Both the position numbers and the translations under genes were made by a program. A stretch of DNA of 64,000 bases from positions 498,822-562,821 of the forward strand of contig NW_013657668.1 of the NCBI RefSeq assembly GCF_000142905.1, read 5' to 3'. Positions within the stretch are counted from its first letter, which is position 1, and each line of letters starts with the position of its first letter. This DNA is from Thecamonas trahens ATCC 50062 (taxonomy: Eukaryota > Protista > Apusomonadida). The notes beneath the pieces were generated by a model that was not told the DNA's origin, did not search any database, and worked only from the letters and a program-made list of their open reading frames with translations. This document shows, in pieces, positions 10,901 through 21,625 of this stretch.

Positions 10901-13768
10901 GTGGCAAAGAGCGCCCGCCGCGGAACGACGCCGAGTTGTGTGTCATGGTAACGGCGGCCAAATCGAGCTCGGCGCCGCCTGATGCGAGCAGTGCACCACC
11001 GCGGCCCTCGTGCAGATACTGGATGCCCGGGAGGGTACCAGCCGAACTGGCGAGACGGTGAGCGCAGCAAGGCGAAGACGGACGCCTGCGCCATCAGCGC
11101 GAATGCCCGGCGAGGCGTAGAGCGAGCTCCGGCCGGTGGTCATGCCAACAATGTCGATGCCGGAGATCGCGAGATGGCCAAGCGTGTCGATGAGCGGCGA
11201 GCTGTGGGGCGTGACCCGAAAGGTGACACCGCCGCCGGCCGCGGTGCAGTTAATGGCGACACGGCCGGAGGAGGAGAGAGGCGCGAGGGCAACCGGACGC
11301 TCGATAAGGATGTGAGTGTCACGGCGGCAGTTGACAAAGTCAGCAGATGGCAGAAGGAGTGTCTGCTGCTCGCACCACGAGAGCGCGCCGAGGCTCTCGG
11401 TGATGCATGCAAGGGTGTGTGGCGCGGAGGAGCAAGCAAGCGATGTCGGAGCGTAGGCGACTGCCGGGGCAGAGTAGTTGTGGAACGGGCCGCGGAGATA
11501 GCGGGTGAGCATGACGAGCTTGTCCGAGTACTGAGTACCGACGATGAGATCGCTGTCGCCGTCGGCGTCGATGTCGGCGGCAGTGATGGCAAAGGCACCC
11601 GAGCCACTGTACATATCCCGCTTGGACGACCACGAGACGCCGCTAGCGTAGTTCTCGAACCAGGAGAAAACGTTCTCATCAAAGATGGCGACGGCGATGT
11701 CGAGGTCGCCGTCGAGATCAAAGTCGGCGACGGTGACAGAGGCGATGCCAGCAAGGTCCACACCTGAGGCAATGGTGTTCGTGGTGGTAAAGGTTCCGGC
11801 GCTGTCCGAGTTTTCGCGCCAGACAACCGCAGCAGAGAGCGAAGCAACAATGACAACGTCAATGTCACCGTCAGCATCCATGTCTGCCGGCTGCACGTCG
11901 ACGGGACGATTGAGAGTGGTCTCAACGGGCTGGGCAGGGCCGAAAGAGCCATCGCCAACGCCGGCGTGCCACTCGACCTTGTCGCTGCCACGGCAGGCGA
12001 CGATGACGTCAAACTCGGAGTCGTCGTTGAGGTCTGCGACGGCGACCGAGGCGGCGCCGGCGCAGGCAGCGTTGACGACAACCGGGGATGCAAACGAGCC
12101 GCGGCCATCGGTGTTGGAGAGGTACACGATCGAGTCGTCGTCGACGGCGGCGTAGATGATGTCGATGGAGCCCGAGTGGTCAAAGTCAAGGGCGCGGAGG
12201 GCAAATGCGCCGGGATGGGTGGTGGTGATGACTTGTTGCGGGCCAAACGAGCCGCGACCATCGAGGTTCTCGTACCAGGCAACCTTTGAGTCGCGCTCTG
12301 AGACCGAGACGAGATCAAGGTCGCCGTCGTTGTCGATGTCGGCAGCAGCGGCGGCAGTAACGCCATCGGCAACGGTGGTAATAGTGCGTGGGTCGGCAAA
12401 GTCGGCGGCGCCGTTGGTGTTGCTCACCCAGCGGATGGAGTCGTCGCCGTAGTTGACGTAGACGACGTCGAGGTCACCGTCAGCATCGATGTCTGCGACA
12501 GTGATGTGACGGATGCCGTCGGCGGTAGAGGTGATGGTGATGTCGGACGACCACGTCGAGCTCGGCGGAGTGTTGCGGAACCAGGCAACGGGGCCTGTGC
12601 CAGCGGCGCTGGAGGCGATGATGTCACGGCGGCCATCACCGTCGATGTCTGCGACTGCGAGCGCAGACGGGTCGGTAAAGTCGACAGCAAGCCTCTGGGC
12701 AGGGCCAAAGCCGCGAGCAGGCGAGACGTTCTCGGCCCAGTAGAGCATGTTGGCGTAGACGGCCGAGGCGACAAGGTCAAGGTCTCCGTCCGAGTCGACG
12801 TCGACGGCGATGACCGAGCGGGCACCGTTGAGCGCGGTAGAGACGACAATCTGCGGTGAGAAGGTGCCGGCACCGTCGACGCCGCGAGCCCACGCGAGTT
12901 TGTCATCAGCGAGCGAGACGGCGGCAATGTCGAGAATGCCGTCCGAGTCCAGGTCTGCGAGGACAACGTCCGAGACGTCATCGGTTGCGGTCATGGCGAT
13001 GCGGCGCGACGAAAAGGTGCCATTGATGGCCACATGATTGGCGTACCACACAACGACGTCTTCAAACGCCGGTGTGGCGGCGACGTCGAGTCGACCGTCG
13101 CCGTTGATGTCACCAAGGGCGACGGCGCGGACGCCATTGAGGCTGCCACTGTCGATGACGAGAGGAAGCGCAAAGGTGCCGGTACCATTGTTAGCGATCC
13201 ACACAATTTGCTGAGCATTCTCGACCGCAGCAACCACGTCGTTGCTTCCGTCACCGTTGACGTCACCGACGGCGACGGCGGCGACGGCGTCGAGATTGTC
13301 AGCCACGAGCTGGGGGGCGGCAAAGGAGCCAGCCGAGTCGATGTTGCGTATCCAGACGACGGACGAGTTGCCAGCTGAAGCCGCGACGAGATCCCAATGG
13401 GCATCGGCGTCGATGAGGGCTGTTGTCAGATGAGCGATGCCATTGACAAACTCGCTCGCGATGACGGTGGGAGGGGCAAAGGTAGCAGAGCCATCGTTCG
13501 TGACGAGAACAATGGTAGCCGAGGAAGCACATCCGATGACGACATCCCAGCCTCTCGCCAATCGCAACTTGTCCGAGACAATCATAGCGCTTGCAGAGTC
13601 CGATGGCCCACATGAGAAGATGGTAGAGTCGGAGAGGAGGCGCTCTGTTCGGCACTGAGCAATGTCCGGCCGAGCCGGAGTGCCGCTGGCCAGCGGGAGG
13701 AGGGTGAGGGTGAGGATGAGGGAGAGGGAGAGGAGGGGCACGAGGAAGTGGGGGCGGGGAGGGTGCAT
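7984..13768 (-). CDS. Large secreted-type FG-GAP/VCBS repeat + Pmp-like beta-helix + Cys-rich + multi-TM (about 7TM) protein; two frame breaks near 11050 and 10915
   Basis: Signal peptide, then many DxDxDGDLD repeats (10943..13768). A bridging third frame reads EGRGGALLASGGAELDLAAVTMTHNSASFRGG. Downstream are GGG/GGA beta-helix repeats, CxCxxGFW/CPxGGVC Cys repeats and a TM region with YGFLVGRF..WWFE...RK (7984..11094). Confidence 0.8.
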
Positions 13769-13939
13769 TGTGGACGGAGAGAGGTGTGACGGTGACGATG
13801 CTAGTGGTTGTGGCGGCTGTGGCGGCTGTAGCAGTGGCTCAGCTGTGGTATGGTCGGTCCAATTTGGGACGTGGGTGATCGAATTTGGGCAATTTTTGTG
13901 TGAGGCACGTGTGCGTGGGAGGGGGGGGGGGGGGGGGGG

Positions 13940-14936
13940 TCATGTGCGCGAGGCCCAGGTCGGGGTGAGGAGAGCGCCGGCGTGAGTCCAGAATGGGTCG
14001 TGGGCGTGATGATCCTTGGGGGCATCGATCGGGGCGAGCGGACGAGCGCGCTTGAGCGGGCGGGTGTAGTCGTGGCGGTCATCAACGGGCAGGGGAGGCG
14101 TGGCGGAGAGGCCCGGGCGGAGCGAGACCGGCGGGAAAGGGCCGTCCGAGTCGGTGGAGAGGGTCGGCGAGACGATAGTGCCAAAGATCAGATCGAGGGT
14201 CTCGTTGTGGAGGCGGGTGGCAATGGGCTGCTGCGGCGCGGCGAGGTCCATGGGCGCAGGGGCGACTGGGACCGAGGCCTGCGGGGCCATGGCGGCGGTA
14301 AAGCCCGGCGGGAGGACGGCGCGAAGGTTGTCGATAGCGGCGGCGAGGGCGGCATGCTGGTTGCGCGCGGCATCAACCTGGTCGCGAAGAGCCTCGGCAG
14401 TGGCGTCGAGGTCGGCGACGCGGCGCTCCATGTCGGCCTGGCGCATGGCCATCGAGTCGATGGCGTGCTCGTACTCGTCGCGGGTACGCTTGAGCGACTC
14501 GACCTCAACGCGCAGGTCAGTGACGCGAGCGGCATCCGAGGTTGCAGGCGGGTTGCCGGTGGCGGCGATGCGAGCGGCGCGGGTCAGCTGGCCGCGGCGA
14601 CGCTTCTGCGGCTTGCGCTTGATGCGATGGATGAGCTCGGGGGCTCGCGGAGAAAGTAGTCGTGAGCAAAGGTGCAGGGGCCCAAGGCGTTGGCCGGGCC
14701 GGCAACCTTGGAGAACGAAAGTTGTTGAGCTGGCGGACAAACGACTTGAACTTGGCATGGTTAAAGTGTCGCGGCAGGACGTTGGCGGCAAAGGCCGGCG
14801 GGTCGAGGATGGTGAAATGGGCGCCGTCGGCGCGCCATACGACCGCATCGGTCTCGGTATCGACGATGGTCCGCAGAGAGCGGAGAAACGGCGGGAGGAG
14901 GTCAGCATCGGCCAGGCCACCGGCAGCAAGAGCCAT
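13940..14936 (-). CDS. Heat shock factor (HSF-type DNA-binding domain + coiled coil); two frame breaks near 14718 and 14641
   Basis: PPFLRSL..IV...VVW..DG.HF.I.D...FA..VLPRHFNHAKFKSFVRQLNN; the shifted frame gives FSKV...TFAHDYFLR, then PELIHRIKRK and a heptad region. Confidence 0.85.
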
Positions 14937-15962
14937 AGTGGGCAGAGCGGTCGATGCAGAAGCAGCTAGAGGCTATGTCTTGGTGCAAGTGGTTTTGAGC
15001 CGATTCACGAACGTCTCAGCGGTGGTAAAGATTGTCGTTGTTGTTGTTGTCACACCTTTGGGCATCAAATGGATTTCCTTGCGCGCTAACGAGGAGGGCA
15101 AAGGGTGTGTAGGTTAAGGATGAGAAGGAGGAGGGAGGAGGACGATGACGATGGTCACAACAGCCAAGATACAGGTATGTATCTGTTCGAGCCTTTGGTG
15201 CAAAAAGATGGAGTCGGTCACCAAGCGAGTCTTTTTGTCAACGAGCAACCTTCTATTCCTTCGATGGAAGCGAATGAGAAACTTCGAACGCCTTCGACGG
15301 ACCTTCCAATGGAAGCTCAAAGCCCAACACGCAGGTCAAGCAAGTCGCCAGCCAACCACTCGATCACACACGGGATCGGTAGCTGTAATGCCGTGCAAAG
15401 AGGTTGTCACAGGAGAGAATGCCTGTGCTGGTGGTTGCGTATGGAGGGGATGTGTCTGGAACGCTTAGTGTCGACTGCTCTGCTTGGAGCGAGACGGGTG
15501 CAGAGACGAGCGGCCAGCGACGAGCGGCGAGCGGGCGAGCGGTGAACGAGAGCCACGGCTGAACCAGAGGCCGGTTGCGACGACATGAACATGCTGCAGC
15601 GGTGTACATGGCCTCATCACACAGCCGCCATCCACTCGCAGCGGCTGATCAGGCATATGGGCTTGATGCCTCCCCCTGATGACCGATCACGTGCTCACCT
15701 TTGGCCTCATCATGTGCGCGCGTGGACAAGATCATTGTACTGATGGCGCTGGAGATGGTGGATGAGACGATAACTGTAGCGATAGAGCACAGTTGACATT
15801 GTCATGCCAGCAGCAACCTCAGCAGGTTGTTGCCGACCTTAACCTGCTTGACGAGGCGGTGGAGCGGCGGTGCGCCATTGTTCGCCACATAGGCGACGAT
15901 AGCAGCGGATGTGACAGACTCGGACGGGTAACCGACCACACTCGACACTGGCCACCTGTAGC

Positions 15963-17107
15963 ATGCTCGGTGGTATACAAAGTGTAGTAGGCAGTCTCCG
16001 ACAGCCGGGAATGGCTATGGCTGTGGCGGCCGTCAGCGTCGGCTGCTGCTTGTTGACAACCACCTCTCTCGTGACTAACATGGGTTCGCGTCAGTCTGTA
16101 CCGGATGCCGAGTCGATCTATGACTTTACAGTCAAGGACATCCATGGAGAAGAGATCTCCCTTGCTACATACAAGGATACTGTTCTCCTCATCACTAACG
16201 TGGCCTCAAAGTGAGGCCTTACGGATGCTCGATACACCCAGCTGGTCACCTTGCACGAGAAGCTCCGCGACCGCAACTTCAACATTCTTGCATTCCCCTG
16301 CAACGTACGCATCCGTAGCTGATCAGCGGGGTGATGATGGTGATGGTTGGGATGGTTGGGATGGTTGGGATGATGGGAATGATGGGGGTGATGGTGGTAG
16401 CGGGCATGGGTATGGGCTAGCTGTCTGTGGTGGTTGTACTCTTCTGCTCATCGGACTCACTATTGTCAATATTCGGTGGCTTGGTCATCCGGCTGCGCAC
16501 TCTGTTCCGCAAAAACTCCGCACCCGGTCGATCGCTTGCTACGTGGCCCGTGACGAACTTTGATGGTTTTGGGGTCGTGTCTCAACTGCTGGCCGAACAC
16601 CAAACACCTCGTTGTGCCTTGGATGATCATCGATGTCACCTCTCACTGACTCTGCTCCACAACTGCCTCCGTACCCGGTCGATCGCTTGCTTCGTGGCGC
16701 GTGACGAACGAACGTCAATGGTGTGGGATGCCTCCGGTCGATTGTCGATGGCTTGGGATGGCGCCTTAACTGCACTACACTCTGCTCGACAGCAATTCGG
16801 CGGACAAGAACCCGGCACCAACGAAGAGATCCTCGAGTTTGTGGCGCGGTACAACGTCCAGTTCCCGCTCTTTGACAAGATTGACGTCAACGGTAGCAAC
16901 GCCGCCCCGCTGTACCGCTATCTCAAGGCGCAGTCGTCGACGCTGTTTATGACCCGTGTCAAGTGGAACTTTGAGACCTTTGTCGTCGACGCAGACGGCC
17001 ACGTCGTCTCGCGCCATCTGCCCACCGTCTCACCGCTCTCACTCGAGGACGACATCGTTCGCCTCCTTGACGAGCGCGACGCCCGCGACACCGCCGACAA
17101 CAACTAG
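15963..17107 (+). CDS. Selenocysteine-containing glutathione peroxidase (GPX4/PHGPx-like), 2 exons: 15963 (or 16080)..16304 and 16793..17107; UGA at 16212-16214 = Sec
   Basis: LITNVASK-[TGA]-GLT...ILAFPCN|QFGGQEPG...KIDVNG...VKWNF. The in-frame TGA sits exactly at the catalytic Cys/Sec position. The intron GTACGC(16305)...CCTTAAC...ACAG(16792) is phase 0. Confidence 0.92.
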
Positions 17108-17144
17108 CCTGATCTCCCTTTCCGGCCGACGATGACACCTCTAC

Positions 17145-17210
17145 GTCCCTGACGCACGCTCTGGCAACCCGCGACGCCTCGCCGCCGCGGCCCGAGCCGT
17201 GCCGAGCCAC
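17145..17210 (+). promoter_or_regulatory. Candidate type II SECIS element in the GPx 3' UTR
   Basis: CUGAC (17149-17153), about 12-bp stem GCACGCUCUGGC, unpaired AA (17166-17167), apical mini-stem CGCG/CGCG, return strand GCCCGAGCCGUGC, then CGAG (17203-17206). Folded by hand. Confidence 0.6.
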
Positions 17211-17359
17211 CGCTGCCGACTCTCGTGTCGGGCACAAGATGTGCCCGATCGGCAGCCCGAAGAAGCGCCATCCGTCCCCCCCCCCCCCCCCCCTCCACCA
17301 AAGCCCACCACCAGCCACCTCACCTCCCCCCCCCCCCCCCCCCAGCGCGCCCCTGGCCC

Positions 17360-20300
17360 ATGACGACTCTTGCCACAGCGTCTATCTTCTCCAAACTCAC
17401 GTGGTCATGGGTCTCCCCGCTCCTCGCCCTTGGTAGCCAGCGGGCGCTGACGCTCGACGACATGCCCGACCTCGACGAGGCCGACACCACCGAGCGATTG
17501 TCGGCTGATCTGGCCGAGGCATGGGAGAGGCATCGCACGTCGGGTGGCAACTGGCGGCTGGCTCGGGCTCTGGCCGAAGCCTTTGGACCTTACTATCTCA
17601 AAGTCTCGTCTGCTGTGGCTGCAGAGTCGGCTGTTCGCCTCGTCCAGGTCATCTGTCTCACCGGCCTTGTCGAGTTTGTGGCCTCCGAATCGGCGAAGTC
17701 GGACTCGGTCTCCTCGCCTGTCGGCTGGCTCTGGGCTCTGGGCCTCTCGCTCTCAGTCATTGCTCATGGCGTTCTCCATCACGTCTACTTTTTCGGTGCA
17801 AACCGATGCGGGACCTGGTTCCGCACCTCGATCGCGTCGCTGATGTACGCCAAGGCGCTTCGCGTCCCGCAGTCGGCGCTTGCCGGCACCTCGACCGGCC
17901 GTATCGTCAACATCATTTCGTCCGATGCTGCCCGGCTGGAGCTCTTTGCCACCTACGCCATCTTTCTTGTTCTCGCCCCACTTGAGTGCATCGTCGCGCT
18001 CATCCTCATGTGGCGCGCCATCGGCCCGGCCTGCCTCGTCGGCTTTGCCACCCTCACCCTCCTCCTCCCGCTGCAGTGGTACTTTTCGCGCCGCATCGGC
18101 GCTCGCCGCTCCATCACCGCCAGCTTTACCGACGCTCGCCTCAAGCTCCTCACCGACGTGCTCAAGGGCATGCGCGTCATGAAGATGTACGCGTGGGAGG
18201 ACTCGTTCGCCGGCCTCATCCGCTCCGAGCGCGCTCAGGAAATCCACTCGCACCGCGTCATGGGCCGGTTCATGGCCACCAACCTCGCGTCGTTCACTGT
18301 ATTTGCCGTTCTCACCATGCTCACCACCATGACCACCCTCTACTTTCAGGGTCGCACCCTCACCCCGGCCTCCGTCTTCACCACGCTCGCTCTCTTCAAC
18401 ATGGTCCGCCTCTCTTTCACCCTCTTTATCCCCTTTGCCGCTATGACCGGCGCAGAGTCGCGCGTCACCCTCCGCCGCGTCGAAGCCTTTCTTGACCTGC
18501 CCGAGTTTGCCGTGCCGCACCTGCTGTCGTCGTCTCCGGCGACCACCGGCGACCTCTCGCCGTCCGCCCCGTACCTCGCTCTCTCGCCGACCGCGGCCTT
18601 TTCCTGGCACCCGGCCACGGCAGCTGGTTCCGCTGATACCTCGGACGGCCTGCCCTCGGCCTCGCGTCGGTTTCAGCTCTCACACATTCCGCTCACGCTT
18701 GTGCCCGACACCCTCACCGTCGTCATCGGCTCGGTCGGCGCCGGAAAGTCGTCGCTCCTCGCTGCGCTCCTCGGCGAGATGGCGCCGCTCCCGGCCGCAC
18801 CGCGGCTTCCAGCCTGGACGGCTGGCCTCCGCCTCGGCTATGTTGCCCAGGAAGCGTTCATTCTCTCCGCCACCATCCGTGACAACATCACCTTTGGCAC
18901 ACCCTACGACGACGCTTGGTACGCCACCGTTGTCGAAGCCGCAGCCCTCGTCCCAGACTTTGCGCTCTGGCCCGCTGGCGACCTCACCTTTATCGGCGAG
19001 CGCGGCGTCAATCTCTCCGGCGGGCAAAAGGCCCGCGTCTCGCTCGCTCGTGCCCTCTACGCCGCGCCCGACGTCTACCTCCTCGACGATCCGCTGTCGG
19101 CAGTCGATCCCAAGGTCGGCGCCCACCTCTTCCGCCGTGCCATCCTCGGACTCGCTTTGGCGCCACCGCCGCACTGCCCGCGTCCGCTCTCTTCCCGCGC
19201 CCGTCGCCCAGCCATCCTCCTCGTCACCCATCAGCTCCACTACGCCGCCGACGCCGATAACGTCGTCCTCATGGTCGACGGCTCCATTGCCGCCCAGGGC
19301 TCGATGGACGCGCTGATGGCTTCGCGCCATGGCTCGCAGGTTGAACTCCTTGCCAACCACGTGAGCGCTGGCTTGGCTCGCGGAACGTCGGCCACGCTCT
19401 CGTCCGAGCTTGGACCGCCGCAGCCGAGTCAGGCCTACGTCAAGACCGCCGACGACAAGGCCGAGTCACTGGTCGCCGAGGAGCGGTCGGTCGGCTCCGT
19501 CTCCGCCGCCACCTACGGAAAGTACCTCTCGTCGATGGGCTCCGCCCCAGAGTCGGCTGGCGTCGTGGCCCTCTGCCTCATTGCCGAGGCCGCACTCGTT
19601 CTCCCCAACTACTGGCTCGTCGAGTGGTCTGAGGCGTCGGCATCAGACCAGCGTGCTCCTTCGTGGCTCTATGTCTACGCTCTCGTCGCCATCGCCGCCA
19701 TGGTCCTCTCGTTCTCTCGCGCACAGATCTCGTGGGCCGCCATGCTTACCGCCGCCGCCAAGCTCCACTCGGACATGCTCGACGCCGTCATGCGCTCACC
19801 CATGGCGTTCTTCGACGCTAACCCGGTTGGCCGCATCCTCAATCGCTTCTCCGACGACCAGGGCGCCGTTGACTCGGTCCTCCCCTGGACTCTCTTCGAC
19901 TTTATCCAGGTCTCGCTCATGTCCACCGCCGTCCTCATCATCACTGCAATCGTCGTTCCCTGGATTCTCATCCCGCTCCTCCCACTCGTCGCCTACTACG
20001 CCTACGTCCGCTCGCGCTACGTCAAGTCTTCCCGCGAGCTCAAGCGCCTCGACGCTGTCTCGAAATCACCAGTCTTTGCCCACTTTGCCTCGTCGCTGGA
20101 CGGTCTCACCACCATCCGCGTCTTTGACGCCCAGCCCGTCTTTGCCGCCGGCTTCACCGGCAAGCTCAACGCCAACACCTCGACGTATCTCATGTTTCTC
20201 GCCACCTCGCGATGGCTCGGCTTTCGGCTCGACATGATGTCCGGGGTTTTTGTCACTCTCCTCGCTGTCCTCGTCGTCGTCACCGCTTCGTCCATCTCGC

Positions 20301-21619
20301 CAGGCTTCCTCGCCCTCGCCCTCGTCTACGCTCTTCAGCTCTCGGGCGCCTTTCAGTGGGCTGTGCGCCAGTCGTCGGTCGTCGAGAATCTCATGACTTC
20401 GGTCGAGCGTGAGCTCGCTTACGCCCGCCTCCCGCCCGAAGCCGATCGCGAGACTCCTCCCACCCTCCGCCACACTCTGCCCAAGCCGTGGCCATCAGCC
20501 GGTGCCATTGCCTTCCGCGACCTCACGCTCCGCTACACACCGAACGCACCGCCGGTCCTCAACGGCCTCACAGCCTCCATCCCGCCGGGAAAGCTCGTCG
20601 GCATCGTCGGCCGTACGGGCGCCGGCAAGTCTTCGCTCCTCGCCGCCCTTTTCCGCCTCGCCGAGCCATCTCCCCGCACTTCCATCACCATCGACGGCGT
20701 TGTTACCGCAGACCTTGGTCTTGCACACCTTCGCGCAGCACTCGCCGTCGTCCCACAAGATCCTGTTCTATTTGCCGGCACTCTTCGCTCCAACATTGAT
20801 CCGTTTGGCGCCTACCCTGACGCAGACCTCTGGCGTGTCCTCGAGCAGGTCCAGCTCAAGCATGTTGTCGAGCGCATGGTCGTCGACGAGCCGGCTGCCG
20901 CCTCGGGCCTCGACGTCACCATCGCCGAGGCCGGCGCCAATCTCTCCGTCGGCCAGCGCCAGCTCGTCTGCCTCGCCCGCGCTCTCCTCAAAAACGCCCG
21001 CATCCTGGTTCTCGACGAGGCCTCGGCCAACATCGATCTCGAGTCTGACGCTATCCTCCAGTCCTCGCTCCGCGCCTCGCTCCGCACTCGCTCCACCACC
21101 GTTCTTGCTGTCGCCCATCGCCTCAACACCATCGTCGACTACGACCTCATCATGGTACTCGCCGACGGCCGCGTCGTGGAGTTTGACTCACCCGCCGCCC
21201 TGGTCGCAAACCCAGACTCTGTCTTTTCGTCCATGGTCGACGATACCGGCAAGCGCTCGGCCGAACGCCTCCGCGCCGCCATTTTTGCATCTGCCCCCGC
21301 TCCTTCCTCATCGACCACCTCCAAACCACTGGCCACCTTTGATCTCGCTCGCTCGGCAGAGTCCAGCTACACCTATGACGCCTACCCCGATCCCGAATCC
21401 TCGGGCTCGGACTCGACCTCGGCCTCGGGATCAGACTCGGGAGCCACATCGGACTCGCACCCCCACCCAAGGTCTGCCCAAAGCCTTGTCCCGACCTCTA
21501 CCCTTGCGTCTACCACCCCTGCCACCTCGAACCTAGCGTCGTCTCTCTCAGCCTCTTCCCGTGACTCGGCGGTCACCACCTCGCTCTTCACTACCTCTGG
21601 TTCGCATTCAGACTACTGA
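17360..21619 (+). CDS. ABC transporter subfamily C (MRP4/ABCC4-like, TMD-NBD-TMD-NBD)
   Basis: SIFSKLTWSWVSPLL lasso; NBD1 GSVGAGKSS, LSGGQKARV, YLLDDPLSAVD; FFDANPVGRILNRFS; NBD2 GRTGAGKSS, LSVGQRQL, LDEASANID, AHRLNTI. ATG at 17360 follows poly-C tracts. Confidence 0.93.
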   Translation: MTTLATASIFSKLTWSWVSPLLALGSQRALTLDDMPDLDEADTTERLSADLAEAWERHRTSGGNWRLARALAEAFGPYYLKVSSAVAAESAVRLVQVICLTGLVEFVASESAKSDSVSSPVGWLWALGLSLSVIAHGVLHHVYFFGANRCGTWFRTSIASLMYAKALRVPQSALAGTSTGRIVNIISSDAARLELFATYAIFLVLAPLECIVALILMWRAIGPACLVGFATLTLLLPLQWYFSRRIGARRSITASFTDARLKLLTDVLKGMRVMKMYAWEDSFAGLIRSERAQEIHSHRVMGRFMATNLASFTVFAVLTMLTTMTTLYFQGRTLTPASVFTTLALFNMVRLSFTLFIPFAAMTGAESRVTLRRVEAFLDLPEFAVPHLLSSSPATTGDLSPSAPYLALSPTAAFSWHPATAAGSADTSDGLPSASRRFQLSHIPLTLVPDTLTVVIGSVGAGKSSLLAALLGEMAPLPAAPRLPAWTAGLRLGYVAQEAFILSATIRDNITFGTPYDDAWYATVVEAAALVPDFALWPAGDLTFIGERGVNLSGGQKARVSLARALYAAPDVYLLDDPLSAVDPKVGAHLFRRAILGLALAPPPHCPRPLSSRARRPAILLVTHQLHYAADADNVVLMVDGSIAAQGSMDALMASRHGSQVELLANHVSAGLARGTSATLSSELGPPQPSQAYVKTADDKAESLVAEERSVGSVSAATYGKYLSSMGSAPESAGVVALCLIAEAALVLPNYWLVEWSEASASDQRAPSWLYVYALVAIAAMVLSFSRAQISWAAMLTAAAKLHSDMLDAVMRSPMAFFDANPVGRILNRFSDDQGAVDSVLPWTLFDFIQVSLMSTAVLIITAIVVPWILIPLLPLVAYYAYVRSRYVKSSRELKRLDAVSKSPVFAHFASSLDGLTTIRVFDAQPVFAAGFTGKLNANTSTYLMFLATSRWLGFRLDMMSGVFVTLLAVLVVVTASSISPGFLALALVYALQLSGAFQWAVRQSSVVENLMTSVERELAYARLPPEADRETPPTLRHTLPKPWPSAGAIAFRDLTLRYTPNAPPVLNGLTASIPPGKLVGIVGRTGAGKSSLLAALFRLAEPSPRTSITIDGVVTADLGLAHLRAALAVVPQDPVLFAGTLRSNIDPFGAYPDADLWRVLEQVQLKHVVERMVVDEPAAASGLDVTIAEAGANLSVGQRQLVCLARALLKNARILVLDEASANIDLESDAILQSSLRASLRTRSTTVLAVAHRLNTIVDYDLIMVLADGRVVEFDSPAALVANPDSVFSSMVDDTGKRSAERLRAAIFASAPAPSSSTTSKPLATFDLARSAESSYTYDAYPDPESSGSDSTSASGSDSGATSDSHPHPRSAQSLVPTSTLASTTPATSNLASSLSASSRDSAVTTSLFTTSGSHSDY

Positions 21620-21625
21620 CAAGCT

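Noticed and set aside
13940-14936. HSF (and the other broken genes) as pseudogenes
   Set aside because: Only single-base breaks at homopolymers, with intact motifs and no nonsense decay; sequencing error is more parsimonious.
15270-15310. Possible heat-shock element (GAAacTTC) upstream of HSF
   Set aside because: Only two properly spaced nGAAn units; expected by chance.
16427-16792. N-terminal part of ORF 16427..17107
   Set aside because: Lies inside the GPx intron; only 16793 onward matches GPx.
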